Below the pieces are notes generated by a model. The model saw only the letters and a list, made by a program, of their open reading frames with translations. It was not told the origin of the DNA and ran no database searches. Positions 57,855 through 64,000 of a stretch of DNA of 64,000 nt are shown here, piece by piece. The translations under genes were made by a program, and so were the position numbers. The first letter of the stretch is position 1. Every line of letters starts with the position of its first letter. This stretch comes from an uncultured Acidimicrobiaceae bacterium. Its GTDB lineage: Bacteria > Actinomycetota > Acidimicrobiia > Spongiisociales > ZC4RG35. The DNA is taken from NCBI GenBank assembly GCA_964400035.1, contig CAYNSP010000001.1:336-64335 (forward strand), given 5' to 3'.

Positions 57855-57923
57855 GTAGACCGCCCCGGCGAACGGGGCCGGTTCGATGCCCACCAGAGCA
57901 AACTAAGCTCGCGGTTCCACCGG

Positions 57924-59090
57924 GTGGTGGGCACATGGAGGACCTCTCAACACGTGAGTTCACGCAAGCCAGGGCTGGGCCGCGGTCTCGAGTCGCTGAT
58001 TCCGACCGACGCCGCCCCGACAACTTTGATTCCAAACGGCAAGAATCCGGCCGATGAATACGGGCCTGTGTTCGGATTGATCGACCCCGACGGGACGGTT
58101 CGTGACCGTCTCCCCGTGACCCTCGATGAGATGAGAGGTCTCTACGCCGACATGGTCGAGGCTCGTACCTACGACGAGAAGTCGATTGCCATGCAGAAAC
58201 AGGGTCGACTCGCCACCTATGCGCCGTTCCGGGGGCAGGAGGCCGCCCAGATCGGGGCAGCCGCCGCACTCCGACCCGGCGACTGGGTAGCGGGCACCTA
58301 TCGGGATGCTGCGCTCAACTGGAAGGCCGGGTACCCCTGGCGACTCCTGATCCTGGGACGGACCGGGGACGAGCGTGGAGGAGAGGTGCCTGAGGGTGTC
58401 AATGTCCTACCCCCTTCGATCACCGTCGGCGGTCACATGATTCACGCCGTCGGTCTCGCCTGGGCGGAGAAGCTCAAGGGAACCAACCGGATCGCACTGA
58501 CTTCGTTCGGTGATGGTGCAACCTCCGAGGGCGACTTCCACGAGGCGATGAACTTCGCCGCCGTCTATGAGACACCCACCGTGTTCCTCTGCCAGAACAA
58601 CGGATTCGCCATCTCCTATCCAACCTCCGAACAGACCCGGAGCGAGACCTACGCCGACAAGGCGATCGCTTACGGGATGCCAGGGGCCAGAGTGGACGGG
58701 AACGACGTGGTCGCGGTTCTGGCCGCTGTCCGTGAAGCCGCTGAACGGGCGCGATCAGGAAAGGGTCCGAGCCTGATCGAGGCGGTCACCTACCGTCTCG
58801 GTCCCCACACCACCGCCGACGACCCGGCCCGTTATCGAAAAGAGTCAGAAGTCGCCGAATGGGAGCAGAAGGATCCCCTGATCAGGGTGAGAAGACTTCT
58901 GGAACGATCAGGAGCCTGGGACCAGGAGTGGCAGGACTCCCTGGAAGCGGGAGCCTCACGACGGATCGAGGAGGCCGTTGAATGGGCTGAGGCCGTCCCG
59001 GAACCGACCAGAGAGGAGATGTTCCGTCGGATGTACGCAGAGCCGACAGCGCCTCTGATCGAGCAGATGCGGGAGTCCGGTCTTGACTGA
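57924..59090 (+). CDS. 2-oxoacid (pyruvate/branched-chain) dehydrogenase E1 component, alpha subunit (TPP-dependent).
   Basis: TPP-binding GDGATSEGDFHEAMNFAAV. E1alpha fold. The true start may be downstream of the track start. Confidence 0.85.
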   Translation: MVGTWRTSQHVSSRKPGLGRGLESLIPTDAAPTTLIPNGKNPADEYGPVFGLIDPDGTVRDRLPVTLDEMRGLYADMVEARTYDEKSIAMQKQGRLATYAPFRGQEAAQIGAAAALRPGDWVAGTYRDAALNWKAGYPWRLLILGRTGDERGGEVPEGVNVLPPSITVGGHMIHAVGLAWAEKLKGTNRIALTSFGDGATSEGDFHEAMNFAAVYETPTVFLCQNNGFAISYPTSEQTRSETYADKAIAYGMPGARVDGNDVVAVLAAVREAAERARSGKGPSLIEAVTYRLGPHTTADDPARYRKESEVAEWEQKDPLIRVRRLLERSGAWDQEWQDSLEAGASRRIEEAVEWAEAVPEPTREEMFRRMYAEPTAPLIEQMRESGLD

Positions 59091-60060
59091 GTTGAACCTG
59101 GCCCAGGCCATCAATACTGCCCTCGACGATGCCCTTGCCTCGGACGACAGGGTCGTGCTGCTCGGTGAAGACATCGGACGCACCGGCGGGGTGTTCCGGA
59201 TCACCGACGGACTGCGGGAAAAGTACGGGCCGAAACGGGTCTTCGACACACCCGTTGCCGAGTCAGGGATCATCGGTGCCGCATTCGGCATGGCCATTGC
59301 CGGTCTACGACCAATCGCCGAGATGCAGTTCATAGGGTTCTCGTATCCCGCCTACGACCAGATCATCAATCATGTCGCCCGGATCAGGAACCGCTCCAAC
59401 CACCGATTCACCGCCCCGATGGTGATCCGTATGCCATACGGGGGAGGAATCGGTGCCGCCGAACACCACTCCGAGTCGACCGAGTCGATCTACGCCCACA
59501 TACCCGGCGTCAAAGTGGTCGTTCCCTCGACACCGAAGGATGCGAGGGGCCTGATGCTGGCCGCGGTCGAGGATCCCGACCCGGTGATCGTCCTCGAACC
59601 GATCCGCTCCTATCGTGCGGTCAAGGAGGATGTTCCCGGGATCTACTACACCACCGACATCGGGCCACTCCGGGTAGAGCGGGAGGGCGACGACATCACG
59701 CTCGTCTCATGGGGGGCCATGATGAAAGAGACCCGTCAGGCAGCCAACACTCTCGAGGATTCAGGTGTGTCGGTCGAGGTCCTCGACCTGCGGACCCTCT
59801 CACCGCTCGACCGGGAGGGACTCGCCGCCAGTGTCAACAAGACCGGTCGGGCTGTGATCGTCCACGAGGCCCCGCTCACCGCAGGAATGGGCGCCGAGGT
59901 CGTCGCCACCATTCAGGAACGATGTCTGTTCGCACTGCAAGCACCGGTCGCCCGGGTTACCGGATGGGACACCATCTTTCCGCTGAAACGGTCCGAGCAC
60001 CATTACCTTCCGTCCGTAGATCGCATCGTCACCGCCGCCGAGAAGACCCTGGAGGAGTGA
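59083..60060 (+). CDS. 2-oxoacid dehydrogenase E1 component, beta subunit.
   Basis: Transketolase-like pyrimidine-binding domain (LGEDIG...GGVFR, FDTPVAESGIIGAA). 325 aa. 8-nt overlap with E1alpha. Confidence 0.9.
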   Translation: MTELNLAQAINTALDDALASDDRVVLLGEDIGRTGGVFRITDGLREKYGPKRVFDTPVAESGIIGAAFGMAIAGLRPIAEMQFIGFSYPAYDQIINHVARIRNRSNHRFTAPMVIRMPYGGGIGAAEHHSESTESIYAHIPGVKVVVPSTPKDARGLMLAAVEDPDPVIVLEPIRSYRAVKEDVPGIYYTTDIGPLRVEREGDDITLVSWGAMMKETRQAANTLEDSGVSVEVLDLRTLSPLDREGLAASVNKTGRAVIVHEAPLTAGMGAEVVATIQERCLFALQAPVARVTGWDTIFPLKRSEHHYLPSVDRIVTAAEKTLEE

Positions 60061-60061
60061 A

Positions 60062-61381
60062 GTGGCCCGAGAGTTCAAGCTTCCGGATATCGGAGAAGGT
60101 CTCACCGAAGCCGAGATCGTCAGGTGGCTGGTGGCCGAAGGAGATCAGGTCGAAGCCGACCAGACGATCGTCGAAGTAGAGACCGACAAGGCCGTGGTCG
60201 AGATACCCACCCCGTATGCCGGTGTGGTCGTGCGTCTTGGCGGTGCTGAAGGGGAGACCATTGCGGTTGGATCGGTGCTGGTCGTGATCGGCGAACCCGG
60301 TGAGGCCGCAGCACCTGCCGCCGGGCCAGAAGAGGCGGCCACCACCTTCGCTCAGCCACCACAGGCCCCGGCTCCCGCTCCCACCCCGTCCAGTGAGCAG
60401 GTAGCACCCATCGTCGGGACGCTCTCCGAGGAGGCCGAGAGTCTCTCCACCCCGACCGGACGGACATCGGATCCGACCGACGTCAAGGCTCTGCCGGTGG
60501 TGCGGAAACTCGCCCGGGAGAACAACATCGACCTGGCCACCGTGCGTGGAACCGGTCCGGGAGGAAGGATCACACGACAGGACGTCGAAGCGGTGATCAC
60601 AGCGCGTTCCATGCCTGCCCCGGCCGCCCCCGTCGCACCGACCGAGCCGCCATCGCAGGAGGTGGCCGCGTCGGCGCCGGCCCGGGCCCCCGCAGCAGGG
60701 ACTGACGAGCGGCGCCCGCTGTCCCGGATGCGTCGGACGATCGCAGCCAACATGGCCCGCAGCTGGTCGGAGATACCGCATGTCACCACCTTCGAGGACG
60801 TCGACGCCACACGGTTGCTCGAGGTCAGGGACGCACTGGGAGAGCGCCACGGTGTCAAGCTCCCGTTGGAGGCGCTGGTCATCAAAGCGGTGACCCCGGC
60901 GCTGACAGCCTTCCCCGAGTTCAACTCGACTCTCGACGGAGACGAGCTGATCGTCCATGGCTCCCATGACATCGGGATCGCCGTCGACACCCCCGAGGGT
61001 CTCATGGTGGCGGTGATCCGTGATGCGGGGTCCAGAAGTGTGCTCGAACTGGGTGCCGAGGTACGCCGTCTCGGTGAAGGGGCGCGGGCACGGAGCCTGA
61101 CCCCGGACGAAGTGATCGGACAGACCTTCACCATCTCCAACATCGGGGCTGTGGGCGGCGGTCACGGGACGCCGATCGTTCCACCGGGAACGACGGCCAT
61201 CCTCTCGGTCGGCCGTGCAAAGCCAAAGCCCATTGTGGTCGGCGACGATCTGGTGATTGCCCCGGTTCTCCCGCTCTCGCTGTCTTACGACCATCGGGTC
61301 ATCGACGGTGCCGTGGGTCGCAGGTTCATGGCCCTCGTCATCGAGAACCTGGAGGAGCCCGCACTCTTCCTGGCCGGTTAA
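60062..61381 (+). CDS. Dihydrolipoamide acyltransferase (E2) component.
   Basis: Lipoyl domain VETDKAVVEIPTPYAGVV. Ala/Pro linker. E3-binding domain. Catalytic domain with DHRVIDGA. Confidence 0.85.
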   Translation: MAREFKLPDIGEGLTEAEIVRWLVAEGDQVEADQTIVEVETDKAVVEIPTPYAGVVVRLGGAEGETIAVGSVLVVIGEPGEAAAPAAGPEEAATTFAQPPQAPAPAPTPSSEQVAPIVGTLSEEAESLSTPTGRTSDPTDVKALPVVRKLARENNIDLATVRGTGPGGRITRQDVEAVITARSMPAPAAPVAPTEPPSQEVAASAPARAPAAGTDERRPLSRMRRTIAANMARSWSEIPHVTTFEDVDATRLLEVRDALGERHGVKLPLEALVIKAVTPALTAFPEFNSTLDGDELIVHGSHDIGIAVDTPEGLMVAVIRDAGSRSVLELGAEVRRLGEGARARSLTPDEVIGQTFTISNIGAVGGGHGTPIVPPGTTAILSVGRAKPKPIVVGDDLVIAPVLPLSLSYDHRVIDGAVGRRFMALVIENLEEPALFLAG

Positions 61382-61390
61382 CCTGGCGAC

Positions 61391-61600
61391 ATGGCCCAGG
61401 AAGGTGTGAAAAGGCTCTACCGCTCCCGTGACGACCGGATGCTCTCCGGTGTCTGTGCCGGTCTGGCCGAATACTTCGGACTGGACCCGACTCTGGTCAG
61501 AGTGGGATGGGTCATCCTCTCGGTCCTCACCGCCGGGACCGGTGTGCTCGGGTACATCGTGATGGCGATCGTGGTGCCGGAGCGACCCACCTCTGAATGA
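61391..61600 (+). CDS. PspC-domain protein.
   Basis: RLYRSRDDRMLSGVCAGLAEYFGLDPTLVRV is the canonical PspC N-terminal domain plus one TM helix. Confidence 0.7.
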   Translation: MAQEGVKRLYRSRDDRMLSGVCAGLAEYFGLDPTLVRVGWVILSVLTAGTGVLGYIVMAIVVPERPTSE

Positions 61601-61685
61601 TCGCCGCTTCGGGTAACACTCCGTACTCAACCGTTGTCTAACCGGAGAACCTGTCAGGTTCGTCCAGGCCGGAAGGAGGCAACGG

Positions 61686-61955
61686 ATGTTGGAAACGATT
61701 CTGGGTGGTTTGCTCGGCGCCGTCGGTGGTGTCGGTGTCAACAAGGCGAGCGAGGCGATCGACGCCGGACCGGCGGTGAACGGTATCTCCGGGTTGCTCG
61801 GTGGACTGTTGGGCGCCAACTTCCTCGGTGGTGACGCCGGTTGGCTCACCGACCTCCTTGGCAACAGTGCAATGGGTGGCTCCCTCGTCGGCGGTGGTTT
61901 GGGCGGCATCGTCCTCGCCGCGATCGTCGGCTTTATCAAGAATCGGATGGGCTGA
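61686..61955 (+). CDS. Small Gly-rich (Gly-zipper) membrane protein.
   Basis: A GGAGG Shine-Dalgarno sits 8 nt upstream. GxxxG-rich 89-aa ORF with a terminal hydrophobic helix. Confidence 0.4.
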   Translation: MLETILGGLLGAVGGVGVNKASEAIDAGPAVNGISGLLGGLLGANFLGGDAGWLTDLLGNSAMGGSLVGGGLGGIVLAAIVGFIKNRMG

Positions 61956-61957
61956 AC

Positions 61958-62010
61958 GGCCCCATCCTCGGGGCCCGACGGGTGTTTCCCGTCGGGCCCT
62001 TTGTTTTGCT
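61958..62010 (+). terminator. Rho-independent terminator: GC hairpins (GGCCCC-ATCCTC-GGGGCC; GGGCCCGACGGG-TGTTTC-CCGTCGGGCCC) followed by a TTTGTTTTG tract.
   Basis: Read directly. Located between the Gly-rich protein gene and the S10 peptidase gene. Confidence 0.55.
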
Positions 62011-62026
62011 CGGGTAGGCTCCGGCT

Positions 62027-63520
62027 ATGCCCAAAGACGAGAAGAAGAACGACACCAACGACAAGCCGGACGAGTCAGCCGAGGAGAAGAAGCCGGAGAT
62101 CGAGGAGAAGGAGGTCTCCAAGCAATACACCGGAACCTTCGGACGGAAGAAGATCTCGTACACGGCTCGGGCCGCCACCCAGGTATTCGACCTGGATGAC
62201 AAGAAGGTCTCGTTCTTCTACGTCGCCTACACCCAGGACGGCGCGGATCCGGAAACCCGCCCGGTGATCTTCTGTTTCAACGGTGGGCCCGGCTCGGCCA
62301 CGGTCTGGCTCAACCTCGGTCTATTCGGTCCGAAGCGGATGGAATTCGACGATGAGGGTTTCAAGAAGGGCATGCAGGGCCGGCTGGTCGACAACCCCTA
62401 CTCGATCCTCAACGTGGCCGACGTGGTCTGCATCGACGCCATCGGCACCGGGTTCTCTACCACTGCCGACAAAGAGCACGAGAAGGACTTCCACCATTTC
62501 CGCAAGGACATCGAGGCCTTCAGCCAGTTCATCGTCCGGTATCTGAACCGGAACGGCCGTTGGGCGTCACCCAAGTACCTGGCAGGGGAGAGCTACGGAA
62601 CCCTGCGTGGTGCCGGCATCGCCAGGGAGTTGTTCACCACCTACAACGTCGAGTTCAACGGGATCATGCTGATCTCGTCGATCCTCAACTATCAGACCAC
62701 GAAAGTGGATCTGTCCTCTCTGCTCTTCGATGCCGGGAACGATCTCCCTTTCGCCCTGTATCTGCCTACCTACGCGGCCACGGCGTGGTACCACAACCGT
62801 CTGCCTGCCAAGCATCAGAAGCGGCCACTGGCCGAGTTCCTGGAGGAAGTCGAAGAGTTCTCCCTCGGGGAGTACTGGACGGCCCTGGCACAAGGCGATC
62901 TCATCAACGAGCGAGATCGCAACCGCATCTCGAAACGGCTCAGCGAGTACACGGGGATCTCCGCCGACTACATCGACCACTACGACAACCGGCTCCACAT
63001 CCTCCGTTTCTGCAAGGAACTGCTCCGCGATCGACGGAGGACCGTGGGCCGGATCGACTCCCGGTACACCGGGATCGACAGGGTGCCCGCCGGGCATGTC
63101 ATCGAGGCCGATCCCAGCCTCGATGCCACCGGTGCCGTGGCGGCATCGGCGATCAACCAGATGCTCCGCGGCGAACTCGGGTTCGATTCCGACCAGATCT
63201 ACGAAATCCTCTCCTTCAAGGTCAATCAGGCCTGGAACTACGAAGACTTCAAAGGTCGGTACGTGGACACTTCGGAGAACATGCGCGAGGTTCTCTCCAG
63301 GTCACGGGGTACGAAGGTTTTCGTGGCCAATGGGTACTACGACCTGGCCACGCCCTATTTCGCCACCGAGTACACGTTCTCACACATGGCCCTCGACCCT
63401 GAGGTCCGGGCCAACGTTCGAATGGAGTACTACGAGGCGGGACACATGATGTACGTCCACATCCCGTCGCTGAGGAAGCTGTCCGACGACCTCCGCAAGT
63501 TCGTCGAGTCCACGAGCTGA
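62027..63520 (+). CDS. S10-family serine carboxypeptidase homologue.
   Basis: GGPGSATVW. Nucleophile motif LAGESYGTLRG. Downstream Asp/His regions. K/E-rich N-terminus with no signal peptide. Confidence 0.7.
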   Translation: MPKDEKKNDTNDKPDESAEEKKPEIEEKEVSKQYTGTFGRKKISYTARAATQVFDLDDKKVSFFYVAYTQDGADPETRPVIFCFNGGPGSATVWLNLGLFGPKRMEFDDEGFKKGMQGRLVDNPYSILNVADVVCIDAIGTGFSTTADKEHEKDFHHFRKDIEAFSQFIVRYLNRNGRWASPKYLAGESYGTLRGAGIARELFTTYNVEFNGIMLISSILNYQTTKVDLSSLLFDAGNDLPFALYLPTYAATAWYHNRLPAKHQKRPLAEFLEEVEEFSLGEYWTALAQGDLINERDRNRISKRLSEYTGISADYIDHYDNRLHILRFCKELLRDRRRTVGRIDSRYTGIDRVPAGHVIEADPSLDATGAVAASAINQMLRGELGFDSDQIYEILSFKVNQAWNYEDFKGRYVDTSENMREVLSRSRGTKVFVANGYYDLATPYFATEYTFSHMALDPEVRANVRMEYYEAGHMMYVHIPSLRKLSDDLRKFVESTS

Positions 63521-63533
63521 TTCCAGCCGAGGA

Positions 63534-64000
63534 TCAGCGGTTGGAGCTGTCGGTGCCTATCGAGGTCCCTGAGACGGGAAAGGCGGGGAGCTCGACGGCG
63601 CGCTGAACCCGTTGACCGACCAGCAGGACTTCTGAGATCCCGGCGTGGTCGGCCACGACAACCATGTTGTTGACCACCAGCACAACCCCACCGTCCATGT
63701 GCACCTGCCCGAAGTCATCGCCGACCAATAGCGCCAGCTTCGGTGTCGGTGTTCCATCGTGGGCGACCTCGCCGTAGCGGCGAATGATGTACCCCGTCGA
63801 GCCGAACTGGTCGGTTGGGATGCAGTGAGCCTCGTCGAGGCCTCGCCATATCTCATAGCGGATCAGACACACGGGGTTTCCGGAGTAGCCGGTTGCGGCA
63901 CCGTATCGATGACTATCGGTGCTGACCGACGCTCGGAAGGTCTCGCCATCGATGTGACCTCCGACCTGGACATGCTGTCCAACGGCTCGGTCCTCGGCTG
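63534..64000 (-). CDS. Hypothetical protein, C-terminal portion. ORF is open to the window edge, so the 5' part lies outside.
   Basis: My reverse-complement translation of 63873-64000 has no stop in frame with the track ORF 63534..63872. Contains ...SGNPVCLIRYEIW..., a possible Cys-His catalytic context. Family not assigned. Confidence 0.35.
   Translation of the reverse strand, partial: AEDRAVGQHVQVGGHIDGETFRASVSTDSHRYGAATGYSGNPVCLIRYEIWRGLDEAHCIPTDQFGSTGYIIRRYGEVAHDGTPTPKLALLVGDDFGQVHMDGGVVLVVNNMVVVADHAGISEVLLVGQRVQRAVELPAFPVSGTSIGTDSSNR

Noticed and set aside
1-64000. Search for tRNA/rRNA genes, CRISPR arrays, IS elements, integrases and phage genes.
   Set aside because: No intergenic gap exceeds about 130 nt. 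No periodic repeat-spacer structure exists outside the in-frame (GQ)n microsatellite. No transposase, recombinase or phage structural-protein motifs appear in any frame.

Overview
High-GC (about 65-70%) chromosomal segment, almost certainly actinobacterial. The synteny dapA-rnj-ftsK, a pdhABC-like E1alpha/E1beta/E2 cluster, a LexA-box-controlled dnaE2, F420-related genes (cofG, cofH, LLM, PPOX) and a mycothiol-type DinB_2 enzyme all point that way. Coding density is about 90% with about 60 genes on both strands, and several adjacent genes overlap by 4 nt at stop/start (ATGA or GTGA). I found no rRNA, tRNA, CRISPR array, transposase or integrase.

Accessory content of note:
(1) A translationally coupled MBL-fold hydrolase / (GQ)n-repeat membrane protein / MoxR AAA+ / DUF58 / giant triple-VWA membrane protein cluster, a Bat-like operon with an unusual fused VWA protein.
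(2) A second, different AAA+/VWA pair: a CobS-like AAA_5 ATPase with a CobT/NorD-like C-terminal VWA protein that carries an N-terminal HExxH motif, immediately followed by a long LOG-family protein. This is my best candidate for an undescribed nucleotide- or metal-centred system.
(3) An unusual 3-dehydroquinate dehydratase II (AroQ) fused to an alpha/beta hydrolase.
(4) Split cofG/cofH with a roughly 240-aa N-terminal extension on CofH, coupled to an upstream SDR gene.
(5) A GAF histidine kinase / NarL regulator / universal stress protein / flavin reductase module resembling the DosR/DevRS dormancy arrangement.
(6) Regulator-associated palindromes: a perfect SOS box on the dnaE2 start, a 20-bp perfect palindrome upstream of tetR, and repeated CCGACCAT half-sites on the arsR start.

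The six-frame track accepts GTG/TTG starts (shown as M), and antisense ORFs are abundant because of GC content. I rejected most of them. Coordinates I derived by hand may be off by 1-2 nt.
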